From the NCBI GenBank assembly GCA_947174785.1, contig CAMWKG010000030.1, positions 1 through 24,000 of the forward strand: 24,000 nucleotides of DNA. The letters run 5' to 3'. The position numbers and the translations under genes are program-made. Origin of the DNA: an uncultured Mollicutes bacterium. Lineage in GTDB: Bacteria > Bacillota_I > Bacilli_A > Acholeplasmatales > Anaeroplasmataceae. Shown one piece after another: positions 8,165-15,943 of the stretch (the stretch's first letter is position 1; each line of letters begins with the position of its first letter). The notes under the pieces were generated by a model. It saw only the letters and a program-made list of their open reading frames with translations. It ran no database searches and was not told the origin of the DNA.

Positions 8165-8179
8165 TCTTTTCTATTTTGT

Positions 8180-8208
8180 ATTATACTTATTTTATTATAG
8201 CTTGTCAA
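8180..8208 (-). promoter_or_regulatory. Perfect consensus SigA promoter TTGACA - 17 nt - TATAAT
   Basis: On the minus strand TTGACA is the complement of 8203-8208 and TATAAT the complement of 8180-8185, with an exactly 17-nt spacer. It sits in the 50-nt gap between the McrC-like gene and the 169-aa gene. Confidence 0.6.
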
Positions 8209-8214
8209 AAGAAA

Positions 8215-9777
8215 TCAATGCACTTGATTACAATAAGGACAAAGAATCTCCATATCCTCTGTAATATCAGTTATATTTCTAAAATACATCTGAGCCTCTA
8301 GCTTTCGTTTCACGAGCCAAGCATCTCCTTCTATTCTAGACTTAGTAAGATTTGCAATTTGTGTATAGTGATATGTTTTTTTATGATTAGAACAATATCC
8401 ATATTTTATTACAGTTCTACAAGAAGTGCACTCATACGTTGGTTGATTCGGGCGAGAAAGCTCTGTGTTCACAATCAACGAATGATTACAAAATGGACAA
8501 TCCTCCCTTTTATTATCCGCATAAATCATACCACGTAAAAGAATTTGCTGAATTCTTCTAAAGGATTCTATACTTGTCATACTAATTTCGATACTATTCT
8601 TTACGTCCTCAAAAGGGCTGAAAATAATATATTCATCTGCTTCCTCTTGTTTTTGAATCTTTTGAAGCATTTCTTCGGTTTCTTTTTCAATTGTTGGAAT
8701 AATAAGTATTCTATATTTTGTATCCTTTTCTAAATCTAGTCGCAACAAAGAATACTCCTTCAGTTTTTTAGAAGAAAACTTAAGCTTCCATTTTTTGAAC
8801 TCAAAATTCATACTGAATCTAGAAAACGAAATTTCTTTTTCTTTGTCACAGACAAAATTAAAATGCCCAATAGAAAAGATAGATAGTATTATGCAAAACT
8901 GAATATAGTTTTTTTGTAAGGCCACTCGATCAACCTCTTCAAATTCCTTTTCATTTCCAATGTGATGAAGAGAAAAGTATTTAGAAAGCTTATAGATTTG
9001 ATGATAATCCTTATGCATAGACAAAATATTTGTTTTATGTGCCTTTAAATTCTTTGGTCTAGTTTTATTATTTTTGTACACAGGGCGTTTTAGTCTAGGC
9101 ACAAGGGTATTCATAATATATTGAAGCTTATTCAAGCATCGAATAGATACCCCATAGTAGGAATCAAAATTACGACTATAACCTGTGTGGAGCTTTCCTA
9201 AAGCTAAGAAATAATTCAAATGATTGACACGCTCTAATAAATTAATTTCAATGGTTTGATTTGTATAAATCAATTCTTGTATTATTCTTAAATTACTTCT
9301 TGTAAAGCCTAATATATCATCAACCGTTTTACAAAAGAACAAATTTTCATAAATGCCATAATTATCCTCATAGGTTCTAGTAAGAAGCTTAATAGGTTTA
9401 ATCTCATTTTCTTTCACATCAGACCAAAGCTCGCTATGGGAAGAAATATGCTGTATCGTATTGTTATTAATAATTCTTACAGACTCTGTAGGCAGTATCA
9501 CATTTTGTTCCTTAAGGTGAATAAACGGCTTAGCAAAGATTTGCTTAATTGCTGGAATTGTTTTTATGATAGCATTGATGTCTTCTTCTAAAGAATCAAA
9601 ATTCAAATCTGGATCTACAGTAAAAAGTGTCAAATCATGAACTACTGCATAATCAAGTGCAACATAAGAAAGCTTCTTATTGACTTTCATAAAATCTTCT
9701 AGCTTGTCATAATACTCGGTTAGTTTATAAAGCTCTGCCTGTTCTTCATAAGTTAACTCCATAGGCCTAATCCTCAT
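8215..9777 (-). CDS. McrC-like partner protein with C-terminal zinc ribbons (nuclease status unresolved)
   Basis: 520-aa ORF whose ATG overlaps the upstream gene's last codons (11-nt overlap). An alternative start at ATG 9762 has a GAGGA RBS 8 nt upstream and lies 4 nt after the upstream TAG. The N-terminal region contains TYEDNYGIYENLFFCKTVDDIL, reminiscent of the (P)EN-hydrophobic motif of McrC/DUF2357 N-domains. The C-terminus has CPFC(427-430)...CTSC(450-453) and CPYC(513-516)..H520. Its position immediately downstream of a McrB-like gene supports the assignment. Confidence 0.5.
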   Translation of the reverse strand: MRIRPMELTYEEQAELYKLTEYYDKLEDFMKVNKKLSYVALDYAVVHDLTLFTVDPDLNFDSLEEDINAIIKTIPAIKQIFAKPFIHLKEQNVILPTESVRIINNNTIQHISSHSELWSDVKENEIKPIKLLTRTYEDNYGIYENLFFCKTVDDILGFTRSNLRIIQELIYTNQTIEINLLERVNHLNYFLALGKLHTGYSRNFDSYYGVSIRCLNKLQYIMNTLVPRLKRPVYKNNKTRPKNLKAHKTNILSMHKDYHQIYKLSKYFSLHHIGNEKEFEEVDRVALQKNYIQFCIILSIFSIGHFNFVCDKEKEISFSRFSMNFEFKKWKLKFSSKKLKEYSLLRLDLEKDTKYRILIIPTIEKETEEMLQKIQKQEEADEYIIFSPFEDVKNSIEISMTSIESFRRIQQILLRGMIYADNKREDCPFCNHSLIVNTELSRPNQPTYECTSCRTVIKYGYCSNHKKTYHYTQIANLTKSRIEGDAWLVKRKLEAQMYFRNITDITEDMEILCPYCNQVH

Positions 9778-12442
9778 TTAGCTTACGAACAAAAGCACTA
9801 CAAGCAGTTAATCCTAGCTTGTCAAATTCTACCGCTAATGCTTCCTTATTTTCAACAATCTTATATTCTAGCTTGCTGACAACTTTGCTCAATACTATTT
9901 TTTCTACCGCATCCTTAAGTACAGCATCCTTATCACCAAAGCATGCACAATAGATTTTAACGAAATCCTCCATTTGTTTTAGGATACGGTTACCAAATGA
10001 AATATTGTATGGAGCTAAAAGCTTTTCTACCTTCTGAATGATTTTATCATCCTCTGCTTCAAAGGAGTAGCTTTCTTTTGCCTCTGCAAATAGCTTTGCA
10101 ATAAGATCATAGGTTACAAATCTTTGATCTAGTGGCTCACTAAAGGAATGTATTTTAGGAGCACGCTTATTGAAGTTCATGGTCTGTGCTCTATCGTAGA
10201 CCTTATCACTAATCTCAAAAGTACTTTCATCACGGTTTGCAGTTCCTATAAACCAAACATTTGTAGGGATTTCTATTGTGTGTCCCTCTGTTAAGCCATA
10301 ATAGGAAAGCTGTTCATGATTTAATGTACGATATAATTTTATATTCAATAGCTTAATTTTTCGCATATGCTCTTCATGTTCCATTAAAGAAAGAAAATCA
10401 GAAAAATAATATTCTATTCTACTTAAATTCATTTCATCTAGAACAATGAATGTTGGAACCTCGGCATTTAATCTAGCCTTATATAAGCACTGTGTAAATT
10501 TCTTTGGAGTAAAGCATTTACTGAATTCATTATAATATCCTAAAAGCTCATTTTTGTCTCTCCAAGAAGATTCTACTTCAACAACTTCACAATTTCCCAT
10601 AATGGCTTCAGCAAAGATTTTTGGTAGGCTTGTTTTACCTGTACCACTCATACCCTGAAGAATAGTGAGCCTAGAAGCTCCTAATCCTGCAACGAAGGTA
10701 GCTATATCCTCTAGAGAATAGGATAGATGTAGCCTGGACTCTCTTGCATAGTCTACAACAAAGCGAACCAAATTAGGTAATGTTAAATTCTCAAACAAGT
10801 GTGCTCTTCTATTTTCTAGCTCGGATTTAAATATCTCTAATTTAGAATCTAATTCTGTAAATGCAGGGCATGCATCAAAGTCAAATTCTACTGTTGGCTC
10901 ATCTAAAATTGGTTTACTCTTTTTATCTCTACCAGAACCAAAGGCTGAACCTATATAATTCTTCTCATCTTCTGTCTTATAATTTAACTGACCACGAACA
11001 ATCATTAAAATTAATACAACAAGGCTTGCCAAGAAAACATATATCATTTGACTATATATTTTATATTTATAGGTCTCTATAAATGCAATATTGTAATATT
11101 CTAATAAGCTTTTTATGTTATCCTCATTTATTTTTTGAGCGATTTTAAAGTAAAATCCATAAAGGCCTAAAAGAAGCATAAATATAACATTTGCAAAAGC
11201 ACTTACCTTTACAACTCTATAATAATCCTTATATCTTGCAAAAAAGCTTACAATCGTTAAAACAAGTAAAATACCAGAGATAAGCAAAAATGCAAACAAC
11301 GCAAATGCCAATCCTTGATATCCACCACTTAAATTCTGATAAGTGGTTAAAAGCTTAAATCCATTTAAAACAACATCACTTTTTAAAAGACCTATAGAAG
11401 CATGAATTTCAATAATATTAAAGAATAAGGAGGTTAAGGTTATGCAAGTGAGCACTGCAACAAAAATAAGTGGTTCAAGCTTAAATGTATTCTCCTTTTC
11501 CACCCTGTCATCCTCTTCAAACTCTATACCTATTTTTCCCTGAATAACAGAAAAAGCAATATAAAGTACAACCATCAAGAGAATTGGTATAAAAGAGATT
11601 GTACTTGCTGCTCCACCCTTGATTTTGGTGTAGAAGGTCATGAAATATCCAACTAAAAAGAAAACTAAAGAAATAGAAATATTACCAATAATAGCTAATT
11701 TAGATTTTCTAATGTATTCCTTGTCAGATTTATAATAATATGGGAATATTGATATTAGATATAATAGACTACTTAAAAATGCCAAGAAGAAAACTATAAA
11801 GAAAACATATATGACTACAGATGTATTCGTGCCCATAGCACTTATAAGAAAATAACTTGTTGTCTTTCTTAATTCTTCTGTTACATAAACTGGAATAAAA
11901 AAGATTGTAAATAAAATACCGAGACTTGCCCACTCAAAAATAAGTAATATACGTTTATAAAGCTTGATGTTATGAAGCTGCTCTTTTGTTATCTTTTCCT
12001 CTTTAACTTCTTCTTTCATGATTCTAGTATAAATCAAATATACAAAGCCAACGATAGAAATCAATATAGAAAATACTAAACAAGCAATTGCTCCTCCTCC
12101 CAGCATCTTATAACGAAAATGCACAAATAGTATAAATAAGCTTAATAATAAGTTAAAAGGAATAAGAACATAAAAGCCAAGCTTTTTCTTTTTTATAAAA
12201 AATAAAGCGACTCCTATTGCCGATAAAATAATATCCAAAATAAATAATGCAATAAAGGCTACACAAAAATAACTCCCTACGGGACGATTCGTATAAAATG
12301 AAGCCGTTCCCCAAATAGATGCCCCCTTATATCTACCTATCAATCCTAAAGAATAAGCTATTAATGTGAAAAATAAATGAAAGAAACTCGTGGATAATAA
12401 AACCGCTGTTTCACCAAGTCGAGATTCAAAAAATTTTTTCAT
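9767..12442 (-). CDS. Polytopic membrane protein fused to a McrB-family AAA+ GTPase domain
   Basis: The C-terminal part is collinear with E. coli McrB motor motifs as I recall them. LTILQGMSGTGKT matches NIILQGPPGCGKT (Walker A, nt 10631-10654). VEVESSWRDKNELLGYYNEF matches VQFHQSYSYEDFIQGYRP. TFIVLDEMNLSRIEYYFSDFLSLMEHE matches IFIIDEINRANLSKVFGEVMMLMEHD (Walker B, nt 10424-10450). NVWFIGTANRDESTFEISDKVYDRAQTMNF matches [28 protein letters not shown]. ORF residues about 17-487 contain about 12 hydrophobic helices. I prefer the start at ATG 12442 (GGGGGTG 6 nt upstream) over ATG 12457, which has no RBS. Confidence 0.8.
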   Translation of the reverse strand: MKKFFESRLGETAVLLSTSFFHLFFTLIAYSLGLIGRYKGASIWGTASFYTNRPVGSYFCVAFIALFILDIILSAIGVALFFIKKKKLGFYVLIPFNLLLSLFILFVHFRYKMLGGGAIACLVFSILISIVGFVYLIYTRIMKEEVKEEKITKEQLHNIKLYKRILLIFEWASLGILFTIFFIPVYVTEELRKTTSYFLISAMGTNTSVVIYVFFIVFFLAFLSSLLYLISIFPYYYKSDKEYIRKSKLAIIGNISISLVFFLVGYFMTFYTKIKGGAASTISFIPILLMVVLYIAFSVIQGKIGIEFEEDDRVEKENTFKLEPLIFVAVLTCITLTSLFFNIIEIHASIGLLKSDVVLNGFKLLTTYQNLSGGYQGLAFALFAFLLISGILLVLTIVSFFARYKDYYRVVKVSAFANVIFMLLLGLYGFYFKIAQKINEDNIKSLLEYYNIAFIETYKYKIYSQMIYVFLASLVVLILMIVRGQLNYKTEDEKNYIGSAFGSGRDKKSKPILDEPTVEFDFDACPAFTELDSKLEIFKSELENRRAHLFENLTLPNLVRFVVDYARESRLHLSYSLEDIATFVAGLGASRLTILQGMSGTGKTSLPKIFAEAIMGNCEVVEVESSWRDKNELLGYYNEFSKCFTPKKFTQCLYKARLNAEVPTFIVLDEMNLSRIEYYFSDFLSLMEHEEHMRKIKLLNIKLYRTLNHEQLSYYGLTEGHTIEIPTNVWFIGTANRDESTFEISDKVYDRAQTMNFNKRAPKIHSFSEPLDQRFVTYDLIAKLFAEAKESYSFEAEDDKIIQKVEKLLAPYNISFGNRILKQMEDFVKIYCACFGDKDAVLKDAVEKIVLSKVVSKLEYKIVENKEALAVEFDKLGLTACSAFVRKLNED

Positions 12443-12466
12443 ATCCCACACCCCCATAATACTATA

Positions 12467-12495
12467 ATTATACCCATTTTAAATGTCAAAGTCAA
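12467..12495 (-). promoter_or_regulatory. SigA-type promoter TTGACT - 17 nt - TATAAT for the membrane McrB-like gene
   Basis: On the minus strand TTGACT is the complement of 12490-12495 and TATAAT the complement of 12467-12472. This implies a very short leader before the RBS. Confidence 0.5.
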
Positions 12496-12524
12496 AAACT
12501 ATTCCCACTTATTTAGTAAGTCCC

Positions 12525-12553
12525 TTGTATTTTTCTTTCTTTTTTCATATAAT
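12525..12553 (+). promoter_or_regulatory. SigA-type promoter TTGTAT - 17 nt - TATAAT for the LD-carboxypeptidase-like gene
   Basis: TTGTAT lies at 12525-12530 and TATAAT at 12548-12553. It is divergent from the promoter above. Confidence 0.45.
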
Positions 12554-12578
12554 AGCCATAACTAGGAGGTATTTTAGT

Positions 12579-13574
12579 ATGCAACCAACCTTTATTCATA
12601 AAAAATCAAAGCTTTATTTTGTGGCACCATCCTTTGGGTGTACCACATCTCCATATGAAGAAAGATTGCATAAAGCAATTCAACAATTAGAAAGCTTAGG
12701 ACATGAAGTAGTCGTAGGACCTAATTGCTTTTTAGCTGAAGGAAAATGTGCTTCTAACACACCAGAGCTAAGAGCTAAGGAATTTATGGAGGCCTATAAA
12801 AGTGATGCCGATTGCATCCTTTCAGTCGGTGGGGGAGAAATGATGTATGAAATATTAGATTATATTGATTTTGAACAAATCAAAAAGCTTCCTCCAAAAT
12901 GGTTTGTTGGGTTTTCAGACAATACCAATCTCACATTTACATTAACTACACTTTGTGATGTAGAAACTATATATGGAGCTTGTGCAGGGCACTTCCACTT
13001 TAAAAAATATACCTATGATGTTTTAGATACCTATGAAATGTTAAAGGGGAGAAAAGAATTTAAAGGGTATCCAAAATATGAATCTCCCCAAGAAAAGTTA
13101 GACCCTTTTGCAAATTACAATTTAGATACAAAAAAAGTGATTACCCCTTATAATTATAAGGAGCCTTTCTCTGGAACTATTTTAGGAGGTAATCTTGATA
13201 TTATGCAATTACTTTGTGGAACACCTTATGATAAGGTTAAGGACTATACCTCCAAGCATACAGATGGAATCATCTTTTATCTTGAAGCATGTGATTTAAA
13301 TGTTGTAGGCATTAAAAGAGCACTTCTTCAGCTAAAACGTTCTGGGTGGTTTAACAATATAAAAGGCTTCCTTGTTGGAAGACCTCTATGTATTGGTAGT
13401 GAATTTGCAGGTGTAGATCATATTAATGCAGTAGTTGACGTATTAAAAGATTATGATGTGCCTATTCTATTAGATATAGATTTAGGACACATTGCCCCAA
13501 CGCTCCCCTTTAGAAATGGCGCTTATGCCACAGTAGAATACAAAAAAAATAATATCTTCATTACTTACAAGTAA
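12579..13574 (+). CDS. Peptidase S66 family protein (LD-carboxypeptidase / MccF-like)
   Basis: The start is moved to ATG 12579 (MQPTFIHKK...), preceded by AGGAGG at 12564-12569. The ORF-track N-terminal 32 aa overlap the promoter. The protein has the Ser-nucleophile motif VGFSDNTNL, and the later E and H (YLEACD, DLGHIAPTLPF) fit the S66 Ser-His-Glu triad. Confidence 0.8.
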   Translation: MQPTFIHKKSKLYFVAPSFGCTTSPYEERLHKAIQQLESLGHEVVVGPNCFLAEGKCASNTPELRAKEFMEAYKSDADCILSVGGGEMMYEILDYIDFEQIKKLPPKWFVGFSDNTNLTFTLTTLCDVETIYGACAGHFHFKKYTYDVLDTYEMLKGRKEFKGYPKYESPQEKLDPFANYNLDTKKVITPYNYKEPFSGTILGGNLDIMQLLCGTPYDKVKDYTSKHTDGIIFYLEACDLNVVGIKRALLQLKRSGWFNNIKGFLVGRPLCIGSEFAGVDHINAVVDVLKDYDVPILLDIDLGHIAPTLPFRNGAYATVEYKKNNIFITYK

Positions 13575-13575
13575 A

Positions 13576-13595
13576 AAGCAGCCACTAGGCTGCTT
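13576..13595. terminator. Bidirectional hairpin terminator shared by convergent genes
   Basis: AAGCAGCC / ACTA / GGCTGCTT is flanked by an A-run on the left and a T-run on the right. It fills the 25-nt gap between the two stop codons. Confidence 0.7.
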
Positions 13596-13599
13596 CTTT

Positions 13600-15942
13600 T
13601 TATTCTCCCACAAGAATTTGATATGGAGATATTTTCTTAATTTTTAAAGATAATAGACATAATAATGCAAAAGCAAATAAGACAAGTAATGCACCAACGA
13701 TAATGATAAATAAAATTGGAATAGCAAATGTGCATTTTACAATACCCAGTCCGCTTAAAAATAATGACATAAGCGGATTAATGACAATGCAACTTATAGT
13801 AATTCCAACAATCGTCGAGAAAAGAATTGCAGGCATAAATGACAGAGCTGTTTGCAAAATAAGTTGCTTAGTAGTAAAGCCTAACGATTTAAGTATTCCA
13901 TAATCACGCTTTTTATTATTGAGCATCGTTCGCACCAAAAGGTATAGCACAAATGCAATAATAATTGCAGATAAAACAAGAATAGCGATAACAATAATCG
14001 TCATAAGCGAAACGTATACGGTTGCTACAGCATCGATAGTTGAATCTATATTTATCGTCGCATTTACACTTTCTGCAAACTTGGTTCTTATTTCTGTATT
14101 AAACATATCAATGTCCGTTCCATCCACAAGATTAATGTAATAACTTGTACTTGAAAGCTTGCCCAACCGTTCATAGCCTTCTCGTGTTAGCAGTCCATCA
14201 CGCCCTAGATAATTAGTAACCTGCGTCAAGCCACATATAAGAAACTTTTCCGTTTTGCCGTTTGCTGTAATTTGAATTTCATTTCCTACCGTCAAACCCC
14301 TTTCTTTGGCATATTTAGCTCCAATTGCAATTTCGTTTTCATATTTTGGATATCTACCTTTATACACAACGACTTGGTTGTTGAGCTTTGAAAAGTCATC
14401 GCAAACTGTAGTCAGAAGCTCAGCTCCACCTAAATGCGTAACGTTAATCGTCGTGTATAAGTAAGCTTTTTCTACACGTTCATCAGCATTCATAAGCTGT
14501 AAGAATTCATCCTCAAAATCAATATTTACATTTATACAACTATTTGCCGTTTCTCCCACTATAAGATTTAAAAAGGGAGTCATATCTGTAATGACATTTT
14601 CGGTCATAAGTCCTGAAAATACAACGACAAGAGAAAGCACAAGCATAGTAATGCATATAGTAATATTATGCTTTACACCCGAAAGCGTAGTTTTTAGCGC
14701 AAGGGCAAAATTTAAAGGGGTTTTTGTCTTTTCAAGTGGAACGTGGTTGTGTTTGAAATTATGAGTCTGCACGCCAGACCTTAAAGCTACTATAGGCTCT
14801 ATTTTTTTTATTCTACGCGAAGCAAGCCAAACCACAAGGGCAACCGTACCACCCAAAATGAAAATAGAAATGAATAAAGGGAACGGTAAAAAGTGAATTG
14901 CATAGGGGATTCCAGTCTGAATAATCATCATTTTATTTACAGCTGGAAACAAACAATAAGAAATCCCTACACCTACGATTGCCACTATCAAGGCAAGTCC
15001 TAAAAACTGAAATAAAAGGGATCCAATGAGTAGTTTTGACGTATAACCTACCGCTTTTAATGCACCGAGATTTTTTATATTCACCTGAATGTAATTGATG
15101 ATGTTTGATATAATTACAACAAGAGCAATCAAAAGAACAAAGAAAGCCATTACGCTCATTATAATCGAACAAATCATTTGTGATATATAGCGTGCCTGCA
15201 CGACAATATCATAACAATTGCTTACCATAGTGACATTCGGAAACCGTTCAGAAACAGCACTTTTAAGATCAGCTTCAAAATCTACATTTTCCGACTTGTC
15301 ATAAAGCCGTATAGAACATAAGGTTGATTTAAAAGCGTAACCCAACGTTTCAAGTTCGTCATATTTATCTTCTGTAAGAATAAGTTCTGTTAGACCACAA
15401 TTATGTGAACCCGCCATAACGCTGTTAAAAAATCCACAAACGGTGTATTCGACAGTGTAGCTGCCAATGGAAACAGAAAGCAGCTTTCCAACTTCAATAT
15501 TGTTTGTTTTGTAAATCATTGGCAAATATATTCCGCTTTTAAAATTCTCTTCTTCTACAATTTCAGCTTTACCGATAGAACGAGAAAGAGCAACATCCTT
15601 TTCCATAAAAATAAACCAACTACTTAACTCACCATCGTTGTATGCAAACGATGCTGTCATATGCAAACATCTGTCCAAACGATATTGTGACACACGGCTG
15701 TCATTTTCTATCTTCTGTGAAAGAAAATCATAGACTTCCCCATCATTATCATCAACAGTAACTGTAACATGTTCGGCATTCAGCTTATCATGGTATCTGT
15801 CAAAGTTAGCTTTGTAGTCCATAGATAACATAAGCCAAAGATTCAAAAGCATCGCCGCAAGCAGAATGAGGACGATGATTGCCACTGTCTGCCCCTTAGC
15901 CTTACGCATATTCGAGCAGGCAATAAGAAATAACTTTCTCAT
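13600..15942 (-). CDS. ABC transporter permease with two FtsX domains and two large extracytoplasmic domains
   Basis: 780 aa. The layout is TM1, about 200 aa loop, three TMs, another TM, about 190 aa loop, three TMs (tandem MacB/FtsX arrangement). Its start lies 1 nt after the ATPase stop. Confidence 0.85.
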   Translation of the reverse strand: MRKLFLIACSNMRKAKGQTVAIIVLILLAAMLLNLWLMLSMDYKANFDRYHDKLNAEHVTVTVDDNDGEVYDFLSQKIENDSRVSQYRLDRCLHMTASFAYNDGELSSWFIFMEKDVALSRSIGKAEIVEEENFKSGIYLPMIYKTNNIEVGKLLSVSIGSYTVEYTVCGFFNSVMAGSHNCGLTELILTEDKYDELETLGYAFKSTLCSIRLYDKSENVDFEADLKSAVSERFPNVTMVSNCYDIVVQARYISQMICSIIMSVMAFFVLLIALVVIISNIINYIQVNIKNLGALKAVGYTSKLLIGSLLFQFLGLALIVAIVGVGISYCLFPAVNKMMIIQTGIPYAIHFLPFPLFISIFILGGTVALVVWLASRRIKKIEPIVALRSGVQTHNFKHNHVPLEKTKTPLNFALALKTTLSGVKHNITICITMLVLSLVVVFSGLMTENVITDMTPFLNLIVGETANSCINVNIDFEDEFLQLMNADERVEKAYLYTTINVTHLGGAELLTTVCDDFSKLNNQVVVYKGRYPKYENEIAIGAKYAKERGLTVGNEIQITANGKTEKFLICGLTQVTNYLGRDGLLTREGYERLGKLSSTSYYINLVDGTDIDMFNTEIRTKFAESVNATINIDSTIDAVATVYVSLMTIIVIAILVLSAIIIAFVLYLLVRTMLNNKKRDYGILKSLGFTTKQLILQTALSFMPAILFSTIVGITISCIVINPLMSLFLSGLGIVKCTFAIPILFIIIVGALLVLFAFALLCLLSLKIKKISPYQILVGE

Positions 15943-15943
15943 T

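Noticed and set aside
8713-8724. Calling DTKY (D352-x-K354) the catalytic PD-(D/E)xK motif of the McrC-like protein
   Set aside because: The tripeptide resembles the McrC DTK(W/Y)K strand. It is preceded by charged residues (LDLEK) rather than a hydrophobic beta-strand, and I could not locate a convincing upstream acidic residue. It is too weak to annotate as an active site without a structural model.
9767-12442. Interpreting the large ATPase as a MoxR/RavA-type chaperone or a generic membrane AAA+ protease
   Set aside because: There is no downstream VWA-domain partner, no FtsH-type HEXXH protease domain and no SRH typical of classical AAA. The inter-motif segments (SSWRDKNELLGYY; LSLMEHE; GTANRDES) match McrB-specific features rather than MoxR. 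This remains to be confirmed by profile search.
12483-12578. Upstream start (ATG 12483) for the LD-carboxypeptidase-like ORF
   Set aside because: The extra 32 aa (MSKSKTIPTYLVSPLYFSFFFHIIAITRRYFS) overlap the divergent promoters and have no RBS. ATG 12579 has a perfect AGGAGG 9 nt upstream and starts just before the conserved S66 core.
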